Numbered from the stretch's first letter, positions 35,861-49,550 are shown. The stretch is DNA of 64,000 nt from Eledone cirrhosa (GCA_964016885.1 OZ024741.1:66340001-66404000), one strand, 5' to 3'. The notes: a model not told the origin generated them from the sequence alone. Program-made: numbers and translations.

Positions 35861-38800
35861 GATTTCATTTATTGGCCACAAGGGCCGACATATAGGGGAC
35901 AATACAAAACAGTGGGGTTTTACAGAAAAATCGAGTAAACAATATGAATAACAATAACAAAGTAACAATAACAAAGTAACAATAAAATTACAACAAGAAA
36001 AAATTTCCCAATAGGGGGGGATGACCACCCAGGGTTCTCTCAGGTACCCCACCAATCCTGAACAACCCGACGCTTCGAGAGCACCCTGGAAGGGCACCCC
36101 TCTCTTCCTCAAATTCACCTACCTACTGCCGCATGACCAGAGTAGGCCCACTCACACGGGCAATTCTCGCCACATTCACCCACCTTTCAGCAAATATACT
36201 GGGAGGAAGCACTTCTCTCTCCATCCTCACCTTCCTTTCCAAGTGAAACTTGAAAAAGTTGATGAGGGATTGGCCGAAGAGAAAAGTGTCTGTCTTCAGT
36301 CCTTTCAACCTCGTCCACCATACAACCTCTTTCGCTACTGCCACCAGACAGAGGAACATTTCCTGCTCTTCCTGGCCAAAAGAAGGCGGCGGGTCGATCT
36401 TCACTATGGACTCGGTCGATAGCCGGATCCGTTCTACACGCGACAACAGCTGTTCAACATAACTCCACAAGTCAGTAATGCACGGACACTGGACGAGTGC
36501 GTGCAGAACGGTTTTGTCGCCCTGCGCGCATCTCGGGCAGGTCCGACTGACAGCACTTCCGTGCCTGTAGAGTTTATCTCGAACCGGCAGTGCCCCCCGG
36601 TAACACTGCCAAGCGAGGGATTTTTGGAAATTATCCACTGTCCCCGGCTCGAAAGTCCTCCGGTTCAGACTGGTTAGTTCGACTTCGTTGACTCCCAGAG
36701 CCTCTCCGAGTGCGTCGTCGCACTTGCCCACCACTAATCCTCTATAGAACTCGAGAGTGGAAGTTCCACTGACCGCATTGCCCGCCTGGTAGAGGGCAGT
36801 GAGTGCCTGGCAACATTCCAGATGCCAGTCACCCAGTCTCGGTCTCTTCTTGACCCAGGACTGCAGCTCAGTCAAAGAAACGAGCTGCGGAAAGGCCCGT
36901 CTGACAAACGGCGACCACACCTGTTTACCGTTTAGGCAGAATATCATTAGCCACGGCATGCCCAGCCTCCACGTAGAGAGTGCTGGCAGCAGATGGACCG
37001 CCTCACCAGCGGAACCTGACTCCTCCACAAGAATTTAAAGAGGAGCCGCTCCAAGATGGCGAGGCGCGAACAGGGGCAAGGGACGACGGTCAGACGGTAG
37101 TCGATGATGGACGCGATGTACGCGTTCGCCACCTCGCCCGACCTATCAGTGAGAGCTTCATCCCAGCCCATTTCTGGGTGAGACTGGCTACCCTGCTCGT
37201 CACCTCGTCCCAATTCTTATCCACCTGGAGGTCTGGCCCGAACCAAACCCCTAGCAACTTTACCGGTCCGTCGGTCCAGCGCCTAACGACGCTGTTGGAC
37301 GGCATGGACTTGCCTCTCCAGGTGCCGAGTTGCAAGCCCACCGACTTTTCCAGGTTAAGTTTTGCTCCCGTCAACCTTTCATATTCCTCCAATAAGTTGC
37401 CGACCACCTCGATTTCTGAGGTGTCCGACACCATCACGGTGATGTCGTCCGCATAAGCCGACACAGCCTTTCCGCGTCCCGGTTCGAGCGGGATGCCCTG
37501 CAACAGCTCCAGCTTCCGCAGTAAAGGCTCGAGAGTCAATACGTACAGAAGGGAGGAGAGAGGGCACCCTTGACGGACCGATCGGGAGACCTGAAACGGT
37601 TCCGAGAGGTGGCCATTAATTTTGACCATCGAGCAGGTGCCGCTGTACATTGCAGCGATCCAGCTTCTGAAGACGGGGCCGAAGCCAGCCGCCTTGAGAA
37701 CAGCCTCCAGGTACCGATGGTCGACTCTATCGAATGCTTTCGATTGATCTAAATTGATCAGAGCGCCACCGAAGTCAGGTTTACACCCTACCCTCTCTAT
37801 GATGTATCGCATTAGGTGGAGGTTGTCGTGTATGGACCTGGTTGGGATTGCGCAAGTTTGCGCCTCCCCAACCAAATCCCCGACGACAAGCGCCAACCTC
37901 TTCGCTAACACCCTGGCCAAAATCTTAAACTCTGTGTTGAGCAGAGTTATGGGCCTGAAATTGTCTAATGTGTCCCTCTTGTTCTCGTCTTTCATTATCA
38001 GCGTCACTACGCCCCGGCTCACAGAACTGGGAATACTCCCGTTTTGCTGCCAGTTGCAGTAGAGGGCTTCAAGGAGATTGGAGAACAAGTCTGGCATATT
38101 TACGTAAAGCTCGTAGGGCAGACCATCCCAACCGGGTGATTTGCGCCTCATGCAGCCGACAAGGGCATCCTGAATCTCGGCTGGGCCTTTCGCAGCGCCC
38201 AGCGTCAGCCGTCGAAAGTTGCGGCAAGCCATCGAGGTAGGGATTGAAGTCCGCTACCATCTCTGACCCGCCACTTCCGAGCAAAATGTTGGCGAAAGGC
38301 CTCACACATCCGCTTGGAATGGCTCAGCTCGTGTCCGTCTCGGTCCGTCAAAGACCGAATCGTGGTTTTATTACCACGCTGCGCCTCTGCCACGCGGGCC
38401 CATCGAACAGCTTTGGTTCCCTCGTTTCTCAGAGCACGCGCCTTAGCTCTGACAATGCAACCTTCGTGTTTCGCATTGAAGAAATGGTCTAATGCCATTC
38501 TCGCCGCTAGCACGTCAGTTGCAATGCCACTACCAATAGCCTCGTCTAACTTATCTACCAACTCCCCCTCCTTTCTATTTTTCTCTAACGCTACTTCTTT
38601 GCTTAACTCTATCGACATTACTCTAATCTCTCTTTTGAGAGCCCCGCCACCATCTATTGTTGACGACTCCCCCTGTCAACTTTTTCTTAACTAAATTGTT
38701 GACCTGGTCCTTGTAAGCCTTACGTGCCGGAAATGACATGTTTAGCTTCCAGTAACCAGGTCCTAACCTACGCGTCTTATCTAGGTCGACCATACAGATC

Positions 38801-41702
38801 ACAAACTTGTGATCTGAATAGGCGACCGTTTCAAAACGTGTACAGCTTACACTATTTCTGTCTATTTTCTTAATGAATATCCTGTCTATATACGATCTAG
38901 ATGACCCTATGCGGTTAGCCCAGGTCCACACTGGCGCATTAGGGAAATAAAGTCGTTACCTGTCAGACACTTGAAACTGGCTGATCAGGTTCTTGAGGCT
39001 TTTGCACCCCCCCGCTCCTATCGGATACTCCCACACAGTCTCAGCGTGCGTCTAAGATGCCGTTCCAGTCCCCCGCTAACAGTAAAGGGCGAGACGTACC
39101 CAGAAAGGCTTCCAGGCGTCTAAAGAAGTCCGGCCGTCCTGCCCCAGTAGGAGCATAGACGGCCACCAGTCTAAAGGCACTACCTTCGTTATTGTTCACG
39201 TCCAGGACCATCAACTTCCCGTCCGGGTCCCGGAAGATCGACCTTACCTCGAGATCCAGGCCTTTCCTAAATAGCACTGCCACCCCGCTTCCCATTCCCG
39301 GCCGGCTAACAGATGCAAAGATCTGATAGTCGTCGAGAATGGGGGATAGTGCACGCGTGTCGGAAATCCTGGTTTCGCTGACGGCAATTACATCCATTTC
39401 TATAGACCTGAGGTCGTTGAGCAGGTGACCCTGCTTCCAGGATGATCCCAGGCCTCCAACATTTAAACATCCTACTCTTAATACGACCATGTTGGCAGGT
39501 TAAAAAGAGAGAAAGGAAGGTTTACTTACCTTCCGGTCTCTTGTGAAGGTCGGGTTGTTCGACCTCCATAGTTGGTGGGGTTTCTTTTGGGAACCCATTT
39601 AAAAGTCTTGAAGTGGGTTTTACGTTCGGGGTTCCCACGTCCCGAGGAAAGCTGTCTCGTATTTCTTTGAATATGTCGAGCGACATTCGCACCAGAACAA
39701 AATCTTCCGGCACGCGAAATGTGCTCGATTTAAAAATTTCCCCCTCTTTTTGTATATTTTCACTTCGTGCTACGAGGGCCATCAGTTCCTTGTTGGCCCT
39801 CCTGACGAGCACGAAGTTTTGTATGTTTTGTTGGTGTGATTTTATTTGTTTGCGTGGCTGTGGTGGTGATGGTTTTGGTGGTGTTGTTTTGGTTGTGTCT
39901 GTGTTTGTTGTGAGTGCGGTGTCTGTGGTTTCAGATGTTTGTGTGTATATTTGTTCTTGCGTCTGTTTAGGTTGTTTGCGTTTGGGGGATTCTGGTGATG
40001 GTGATGGTGGTGTTGATGTTGGTGTTATTGGAGAGATGTTTGCGTGGGGGGTGTCTGCATTTTTTTTTTTATTGTGGGTGATTTTGTGCTTTGTTGAGTT
40101 TTTTTTTTCTTTTTGTGTTTACTTTTTTGTATTTTGGGGGATTTTGGTTTTCCCTCATCTTCACTACTGGTAGATGAGGGGTCTGTGTCTGTAAGTGTGT
40201 CTGTATGTATGTTTATGGTTTTATTGGTGTGTGTATTTTTTGGGGGAGGGGGAATTTGACAGCTTTCCTCGTTTCTCCCCTGGGTGGTCAATGTTGGTGG
40301 TGGTATTTCTATTGGTGTTGTTGTTGGGGGTTTTGCCGGTGCTGGTGTTGGTTGTGGTCCTCGCCTCGGCGTCGGCAGCAGTGGAGCCTTTCGACCCCTT
40401 GCCTCTTTCAGCAGTTGAGGGCAGAAGGTTCGCAAAAGGGTTTTTTTCCCACAAACAAAACACTGCGGCCTTTTGCCTTCGGTCATAATGTGAATGACCG
40501 TTCCATTCTGAAGGGGGATGTGGTCTGGGATTGTCTTCACATTCTCGAGCCTGATCTGGAGAAGGATCTCCAGGTCAACCTCGGACCAGTCCTCTCTGGC
40601 CGTTCTGGTCACTTCTATAGGGACGGTATCCTCCCCTCCACAATCACACATCCCAGAAGCCACCACATGTCAAGTCCTGGTGGGATTCTGGGAATGCGGA
40701 GACGGGCCGTTCTTTTTCTCATGTGGGAGGGGTACATTATGACCTTGCTGGTTTTGCAAGGAGTCATAGCGTATTTCAAAGCGAGGGCTTCTGACTTGAA
40801 CAACACCGAACTGGTGCCGTACTGTCTGCCCCTCTCTATGTATTCGGTGTCTTCTCTGATGCACCTCAGCGCGACTTCGACATCTGCTTGTGGGATTAAA
40901 GCTGCCCTTTTGGTTTGTGCTGAGATGCATCTATAATGCACCGTTCTGCGCTCCACTGCCTCAATAGCTTCTACCGGGACAGTTAAGTTGGCCCAGGTTT
41001 GCTCTTGCTTGATGAGCTTCCATGCCTGGGCCAACTTTTCATCTTTGTTTGAGAGGTCCATGTTGAAGCATGGCCTCTTTTTTGTTGCTGCCGCAGCGAA
41101 AGTGTTCTTCTTGTTTTCGTTGGGGGTGTTGTTGTTATCACTGTTGCTGTTATCATTGTTGTCTTTGTTGCCACCGTTGTTCTCGGTGCAGTTGGTATTG
41201 TTGGTGTTGGTGTTGTCGCTATTTGTTTTCATGTTAGTGGTGTTGATATTGTTGCATTTGTCATTTTTTTTTTCGTTATCTGTACTTTCGTTGTGGCTGT
41301 TACTGTCATTTTTTTCAAAATTAGAGTTCTCTTTGGTATCATTGGTGTCTTTGTTTACATTGTTTGTGGTGGTGTTTGTGTTATCAATGTGTGTTAATTT
41401 CACTGTAGCGCTCCTCTCAACTTCTACGTCGTTGTCGCACGACAGCCGGCATATCGCTGGGGGGGGGGGGGGGGGGGGGGTTCGTGGCTCAGCCATATTT
41501 TTTTTTTTCCTCCGTAAATTTTTTTAACATGTAAAAAAAGTTCAAATATTTGGGCCAAAAGGCCCAAATATACTTTCCCCTTCACGGGGAAAAGTCTAAG
41601 GGCTTATATCCCTTACACAACAAGAAATATTTAACAACAAATAATTTTAACAGGCAAATAAAGCGACTTACTGGGAGCGAGCAAAATACGTCCGCTTAGA
41701 CC
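35861..41702 (-). mobile_element. Full-length but decayed Tx1-like LINE, copy C
   Basis: ORF1 in three pieces (40615-41496, 40025-40666, 39522-39812). ORF2 in pieces from 39490 to 36123, closely similar to copy A. (AAT)n lies on both sides. Confidence 0.95.
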
Positions 41703-41944
41703 AATAATAATAATAATAATAATAATAACATTAATAAAGATGCTGATGTTACAAAAATCGTTTATTCATTATAATTATTTCAACGGTTCTCCCATGCAAT
41801 GAAGATGTAATTCATGCATTTGTTGTTGTTATGAGAACGGTATCCTCAGATGAAATTCGATTTTGTGATATGCTGCCGGCAGGAAAAAAAACACACGTCC
41901 TTCTGCTCGTGCGTCCAGCATCTTTATTGATGTTATTATTATAC

Positions 41945-42338
41945 TGGGGTCGATTTAGTCGACTTTCCCCACCCCCAAAATTGCTGGCCTATAAGAAACC
42001 ATTATTATACTGAGTTCAAATCCCGCCGAGGTTGACTTTGCCTTTCATCCTTACGGGGTCGATAAAATAAAGTACCAGTAATGTACTGGTTAATTGCTGG
42101 CCTTGTGCCAAAAGTAGAAACTATTATTATACTGAATCTCTAGGGCGGTGGATTGGCAGTATCAGTAGAGGGTCGGACGCCATGCTTTGACGCAAAGAGT
42201 TACGTCCCTTTACGATCTGAGTTCAAATCCCGCCGAGGTTAACTTTGCCTTTCATCCTTACGGGGTCCATAAAATAAAGTACCAGTAATGTACTGGGTAA
42301 TTGCTGGCCTTGTGCCAAAAGTAGAATCAATTATTATA
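41945..42338 (+). mobile_element. Tandem SINE family 1 cluster (fragment, partial, full)
   Basis: Repeated gagttcaaatcccgccgagg and ggccttgtgccaaaagtagaa. attattatactga recurs at the junctions. Confidence 0.85.
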
Positions 42339-42424
42339 CTGAATCTCCATCGTAACTACAAACTACGAATGTTGAGAGCTTTCTCCTGCTTGTTCCTCTT
42401 TTTACCAAAACAATCTCTTCGGAA

Positions 42425-42480
<56 letters not shown>

Positions 42481-42483
<3 letters not shown>

Positions 42484-42700
42484 TATGCATACGTACATAC
42501 ATATATGTATACAGACGTACAGTAGTATGTATATATATACACACATATATATATATATATATGTACGTATGGGTTTACCGAACATTTATTATAATGTTCG
42601 GTTTGTTTGTATTAAGCCGTACAAACATATATGTATGTAGTATACATACTTACATTTAAGTATCAGCCGTACTAAGAGTGAGAAATGAAATTTCCTTTCA
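42481..42700. mobile_element. Deleted relative of the 18167 fold-back element
   Basis: Shares gtacgtatgggtttaccgaacatttattataatgttcgg and the tail ttaagtatcagccgtactaagagtgagaaatgaaattt. Confidence 0.8.
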
Positions 42701-42702
42701 TT

Positions 42703-42819
<117 letters not shown>

Positions 42820-45319
42820 GGTTTGATTAGAATATCAGGAGGCCGGACTGATGATGTTCCTTTAAACTTTTATTGTTGCAAAAACACTATATATATTTCA
42901 ATGGCCTGGTTACGTAATATCCTGACGACATCATCAGGTCTGGATTGCATAATTAGTTAATCAATAAAGGAAAGGAATTACGGCAAACACAAACAGAAAA
43001 TAAAGCAAAAAATATTTGATTCGGAGTTGGCCCACGACATATGTATTATTGTTGCCGCAGACTATCTATATTTTCTGAGTGTATAGGTGAAATTGACGCT
43101 TTTCTCATTTCGTTTGAATACCATAAATAATAAAGTATTTCAACATATATAGTAAATCGCTAATTACTGACAACATAATTTATATAATGACATAACACAT
43201 ATGGGAAAAAGAAACACGTTTTAGTGAATAAAGCAATGAAACCTAAACCACATTGAATCAGTTATTTACTGCAGTTTCTTGTGACATTTATCTTTGCATG
43301 CTTTTTTTTTGTCTTTCTGGATTGTATTTATCCAGGGTCGGCGTTTACCATTAAGGTCAACTAAGCAGCCGCTTAGGGCGCACATTTTAATGAGGCGCAT
43401 TATTGAACCTTAAATGATGCAGATTTGTACATATTGTATTATTAGATATAATATTTTGTACAAATTTGCATAATTGTATTAAACTTGTATAATTTAATTA
43501 AATATTTTGTACAACGTGATTGTAACAGACTGCTGAGGGCCAGCTAAGGTGACATAGGTTAACATACAGCTAACTGCTAAGGACCAAAAGTGTGTTTTCA
43601 CTGCTCATTTAAAGTGACACTGACTAAGAGACTGCTGAGGATTAGAATTTGGGAGTTATTTTTAACTCACCCCAAGCAAGGCAATAAAGCCACTAAAAAT
43701 ATATGGGTACGTTGGTTTAACCTATTTACTAAAACTTTCAGTGATACTGGGTTTGTAAGCAGTGTTTCTGTGTGTAGTTAAAGAGAGTACGCCCTCGCAG
43801 ATGAAATCCTAACGCAATACTTGAATTTGTTTGGCTGATCTGTTCACTACGTTATTGTATATTCACGTAAGGCTTTTATATATTTCTATGCATACACTGT
43901 TGGCAAACATCTATAGATATATTTTGTCGCACAAAACAGCATTGAAACAAATCCCCATTAATGGAACAGCAATTTATGAATCGAACTAGCTGCCAAGAAT
44001 GCGTTATATATGCAAATCGGTCTATCCCCGTGTTTCTGTATACAGTTAAAGAAGGTAGTCGGTCCCAAACACGGGATTGAAATTAGTCTGACTGATTTAT
44101 CTTTTTCTGTACATGAAAATATATTATATAAAGTCAAGGTCTTTACTGTGTCTTTACATAGCATTAGCTAATAGTTGTACATATTATTTAATATAATATA
44201 GCATTGTTAAACTAAGCTTTTCTCCCTGCTAGTTAATCAATACACGCTGCCAATGCTGGCAATGTTTTGCAAATCAGAGCAGATCAATTCAGTTCTATAT
44301 GAGTTTATGTATACTATAAATAGCTATAAGATGATATTCGGTTTCCCTATTTTAGTGCTTTATATAAACGAACATGATTTTTTTTTCCATTAAGAAATGA
44401 AAGACGAAGTGATAGAAAGTAAGCACAAAACCAAACACTGTTAAATGTGATGGAAATTGTAGTTGCTGAATATCTTTATATGAAAAACCCGTAGTTCATT
44501 TATGAAGGAAATAAGATTAGTGAGGTTGGTTTTGGTTACTAAATTAATCTCACAACGTGTGTTCATATAGGTACGAAGAGAATAAAATAGGACGCGTTTA
44601 CCAAACAGGATTTACTCGACTTGATATACAGAACATACTGCTTAAAGAAAATTTATTACGATGCAACTTTTAGAAATAATAATTTGCTTATCTTAATTCC
44701 GTTTAAATACATATGTAGCGAAATTATTACGGGTAAATATGCGTTTATGAAATTCAGACCAAAATAACTATAACGTTATCACCGGAAATAGATACGGCGA
44801 AACCTACGAGTATTTAAGCTCAAAATCAACCCAGCTTCTGTCTTTTTTCGCTTTCCCTATCAGACACTGTAGAAAAGACTTCGGCTGTGGTAGTCATCGT
44901 GCTAGTCGGTGCTGTCACAGCCAAGTCATGGCATGGCACTCATTAAGGCGATATCTTATCTCAACCAACATCTCCCCATTTTCACATTCACAAATTCCAA
45001 CACATCACAACAAAACACTCATATCTACGAATACTATATTCAGTAGCGTTTTAACGAAATACTCTCTGTTATAACAAACCTTTTACGTATTCCGTTTGTG
45101 TTATATTTTACTACACAGTTTCGTCGCATTCCATGGTACAAATAAAAATATCGAAAATAGCAGTTCCGTTTCTCTGTTGGTTTGTTTCAATTCATCGTTG
45201 ATTTTGATCGTTTTCCCCACACCAATTAACAGGTACATGTACAACACATCTACCAACACATTTCTGCTAAACATATGTATCTACTAAGAGAAATAAAATT
45301 CATATTTAAATACTAATAA

Positions 45320-45822
45320 TTATTTTTGATTTAGGCACAAGGCCAGTAATTTGAGGGATGAGGAAAGTATTTATTTCATCGATCCCGGAAGGACAAAAGG
45401 CAAAGACGACCTCGGGGTATTTTGAACTCTGAATTTAAAAGGTAATAAGTTATTACGGTAGAGGGTCGGACGCCATGCTTTCTAGCATAGTTACGTCCCT
45501 TTACAGTCTGAGTTCAAATCCCACCGAGGTTAACTTTGCCTTTCATCCTTACGAGGTCGATAAAATAAAGTACCAGTAATTGCTGGCCTTGTGCCCAAAG
45601 TAGAAACAATTATTACTAATAACTAAATATTGCAAGGCATTTTGTCCGACAGTCTAACGATTCCGACAATTTATAATATATAATTATTTCTACTACAGGC
45701 TCAAGGCCAGCAATTTGAAGATGAAGGGAAAATCGATTAAACTCAGACCGCAAAGGGCCATAACTCTATGCAACAAACTATGGCGTCCGACACTCTACCG
45801 ATACTGCCAATCCACCGCCCTT
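45320..45822. mobile_element. Cluster of SINE family 1 pieces in both orientations
   Basis: A + strand copy at about 45457-45615 sits inside a - strand copy. A further - strand copy lies at about 45683-45822. Confidence 0.75.
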
Positions 45823-46094
45823 ATTACCCAATGTGATGGCTGGCTGTTTAGTCGGATTACAGATGTCACGCTTTACATCGGATAGAGTGAGGAAGAAAGA
45901 GAGTAAAATAACGTGAATTGAAGCGGGAGTATACATACTGACCTGAGTGACAGTTAACAACAGAGAAACGAACGCTGAAGTCAGGAGGGACATGTGTGAG
46001 CGCGCACACACATGCATACAAACACACATAGACAAACGCACACACACATAGGCACACGCACATAGACGCACACACACACACACACACACACACA

Positions 46095-46165
<71 letters not shown>

Positions 46166-46274
46166 CGCTGTATTTAGCTTGCAAGTAGTTTGTCTTTTGC
46201 TCCTCGACACTCATGTAATTGGAAACATTGAAAATATCTCTCTACTAAGATTTGTTTTCAATACTATAATTTAC

Positions 46275-46460
46275 AGGTTTGCGGTCGTGCTCCTGGCAGT
46301 GGAGACTTCTAGTGTCCTTGGCCCTAGGGCTACCTCCTTACTCACCACCATAGGCGCTGAGCTGGCCAGCCGCAGGTGTGAGCCTCGCGAGATGGAATAG
46401 CTCTTCCAGTGCATCTCCTTTACCATCCTCCGGGGAAACGCCTTCTCCATTCTGTCCGCC
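46275..46460 (+). mobile_element. CRE-like LINE 3' fragment
   Basis: LAVETSSVLGP..REME*LFQCISFTILRGNAFSI resembles the E..G / FQR.S.A..RGNA RLE terminus. Confidence 0.65.
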
Positions 46461-46660
46461 AGGGCTGTGAGGAGGCCAGCACGTGGGACCCCATTTGCTC
46501 ACCATACAGAGAGATGGGGAGGGCGAGAGAGATGGAGGCGATGACAGTGGGAGTTCAGCTCTTCCACATTCGGACCATATCCTTGTGGTTGTGTTTATTA
46601 TCTATATAGAAAATTATTTATTTCCTTATTACTTCGTTGAAAGATTTTATCATGATTTTC

Positions 46661-46872
46661 AGGGCGGTGGATAGGCAGTATCGGTAGATCGTTAGACACC
46701 ATGCTTCGCGGCATAGAGTTACGTTCTCATTTCAAATTCCACTGAGCTTAGCTTGCCTTTCATCCTTACGGGGTTGATAAAATAAAATGCCAGTAACGCA
46801 CTGCAGTCGATTTATCGACTTTTCCCTCCCCCAAAATTGTTGGCCTTGTGCCTAAATCAGAAACCAATATTA
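46661..46872 (+). mobile_element. SINE family 1, long variant
   Basis: gggcggtggataggcagtatcgg..ccccaaaattgttggccttgtgcctaaatcagaaacc. Confidence 0.85.
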
Positions 46873-47009
46873 TAATTTTCATGACAAATATTTATTCACT
46901 CGTGGCAGGAGAAACCAAAGAAATTATATGCATCTTGATCGTATATATTTACATTTACACTATATACATACATATATATATATAGAATTCACAAGAATCA
47001 AAGTTATGT

Positions 47010-49550
47010 TCAAAACATTTATTCACTTACAATTGTTTCATCCAAACCTAGGCTTGGATTCTTCGGAGCATTTTTTAATGCTTGTACATATAATTGACCT
47101 CCTATCCAACGCAAGAGACATACATATACATATATATATATATTGATGTATAGTGGAGCGACATATATTGTACTATACTATATTTGTATAGTAATTCAAA
47201 TTTAAAATCAAAATTAAAATACATGCGGCAGATAACACAGATAATGCAAGAGAATAGTCCAATAATCAAATCTAGTAGATAGTGTATGCGTTAGTCATAT
47301 ATAGAGCATGTAAGTGTCTTATTTATATAAGAGTATTGTGTGGCAAGGTATTACATGTAATACAAGCACTTTAAGCGGGTAAGCAAGAGTATTATGGTAG
47401 TTGTAGTGGGAAGGTATTTTTTGTATAGATCAAATTAGTATGTGTGCAGAAAAAGAAAAAGAAAGTTATAGTTTTCACATCCACCACCATTTTCACATCC
47501 AGAAAAAGGAAGTTATAGTTTTCACATCCATCACATATGTTACGATGTATTCGTATTGAATGTTTGATGTAGTAAAGGATTGTAACGTATTGAGGCTCAG
47601 TGTTATTTAATCCATATTTATAGAATAGGTTCTTTCTGCTGCGAGAATTTACAGCGGTTTATTATCCGGAAGTAGGTATGCAATTAAGGGGAGTTAATGT
47701 GTAAGGGGAGGTAACTAGCTGATTCTCATAACTAAATTCATTGTTCTAATATACATTATATGGTGCTTCAATTGAGTCTCTTATATAAAAGGTTATATAT
47801 TTATATTTAATTTTAAATACAGTCTACTCTATCATAATGTGTTAAAGGTATCTATAGGAAGTTGATTACTCCTTATTATATAGCGCTATAATTGAATTTC
47901 CCACGAAAAGTGCTATATCTTTATATCAAATTCACTTTAAATACAATCTACTCTCAAAACATATTAAAGGTCCAATTAGATTTTTGTCTACATAACCTTT
48001 GGTAAGCTATGGAGCAGCGTACGGCTGTTTGCATGATAAAATTAGATACATCTCTTGGGTAAACAAATTCATCCTCCATATACAATGTCATTAACCTATC
48101 CATTAAGTTATAAATGCATATATAATTCATATATAATTCATTGCACCACACTACATATAAGTTAGTCAAATCCCTATATATATCCAATGTTATTACTCTA
48201 TACATTTAATTACAAATGCATATATAATTCATTGTTGTATCCAGTATTTAAAGTTTATATAAACTGTATTATATTTCAATCCCTATATAATTATAAGTAA
48301 TCAAAAGTAATCATATTAAAAGTTGGTGCTTATGGGGATATTTCTAGGGTATAAAATTATAGATAGATAGAATGATTTGTGTCGAGGAAAGGGTGGATAA
48401 GAGAGTGTGGTGTAGTGGTGGAAGGCAAGCCCTTGAGGTGCAGTGTTAAAAATGGTGATGAGTTCAAATCTGACATTGTTATATACTAAGTTTAAAGCTT
48501 TGGAAGGAGTGTCGGAAGCGGTGCTGGCACGACGCAAACACTTCCGATTTTTTATTATGGAGGTTAAGATTCGAAAAGATTATAGTATGGGTCTTTAGTA
48601 GACAGAGGTTACAGCATTTATTAGGTGGTTTGTACGATGCCGCCCTACCTATCACCTCCCATTGAAGTGTATATGATCTATTCCTAGTTTTCAGATAGTG
48701 TATGTAGCTAGATAGTGAAGTGGAGTTGGCTAGACTGTGTTTTTTGAAAGAATGGATATGTGAGTTGTATCTCTTTTGAAGCAGTTCGAAGTAGAGCATA
48801 TATATAGGTTTCAGAAGAGTTGCTAGTTCTGACCGTGCATGAGTAAATGATGTCCTTGATTAAGCAGTTTTTACCTAAAGGGCAGGTTCTATTAGATCTA
48901 CAGTTACATTTATTTTGGATGTTAACCTGTCGGCTATTATGTTGTGTAGAAGTCTGGTTGCTAGGTATTCCATTATGGCTATGAAGGTTGTCGCTCCTAA
49001 TGCTGTTGATTTCACTAGTGTTATTACTATTATTACTATTGATATCAGGGTTTGTAGTTATTATGTTGTTTTGAAAGTTTATCCTCTGCTGTGTTTTAGT
49101 TTGTTGAAAGTAAGTATTAATCTTTCTTTTATTGCTACTAGCTATGTGGTATGCTATGTTAGGCGTGGTAGAGTAGGAGATTTTAATGGTGTTTTTATTT
49201 ATAAGACTATGGTACTTGTGGCCAGATGGGAAGTTTTTATCCAGGATTGAGAAGAAAGCCTTAAGTAGGTTGGTAGAGACGTTTAGGTTGAAAGGGGGGT
49301 TGAAAAATGTATTAGTTCTTCTTCTATTTTTGTTTTTTATATCTGTTGAGGTGTTTCCATTTATAGTATTTTGGTGTCTTCTCTGGTGCGAGTTACGTTT
49401 GATGCTACCCTTCGTATTAGTGTGTGTGTGGTTATTACTCTTATTACTATTTTTCCCCATGGACATATTGTGAGAAATAATGTTGTAACTATGTGTTTTT
49501 ATAGGTAGGAACTCAATCTCATTATTATGGCCTGATCTAGCTAATGCCTG
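47010..49550 (-). mobile_element. 5'-truncated Penelope-like element, Naiad-type (RT C-terminal linker, GIY-YIG endonuclease, long 3' UTR)
   Basis: FNPPFN..KISYS..CNCRSNRTCPL (CxCx5C), DIIY..TYI (GIY-YIG), then frameshifted KRYNSH..STSLS..CNLC..SCQH. A hammerhead lies at the 3' end. Confidence 0.85.
47025..47069 (-). ncRNA. Minimal type I hammerhead ribozyme (variant core)
   Basis: The - strand reads gct-CCGAAGA-atccaag(cctagg)tttggat-GAAA-caattg-TA-agt, with palindromic ACAATTGT. Confidence 0.65.

Noticed and set aside
28621-41527. Many antisense ORFs over the Tx1 copies
   Set aside because: They are shadow frames of GC-rich or A/C-biased coding sequence, with no domains.
48479-49466. Selenocysteine-encoding Naiad
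   Set aside because: The visible Cys motifs use normal Cys codons. The ORF breaks are frameshifts rather than in-frame TGA, and no SECIS could be recognised by eye.
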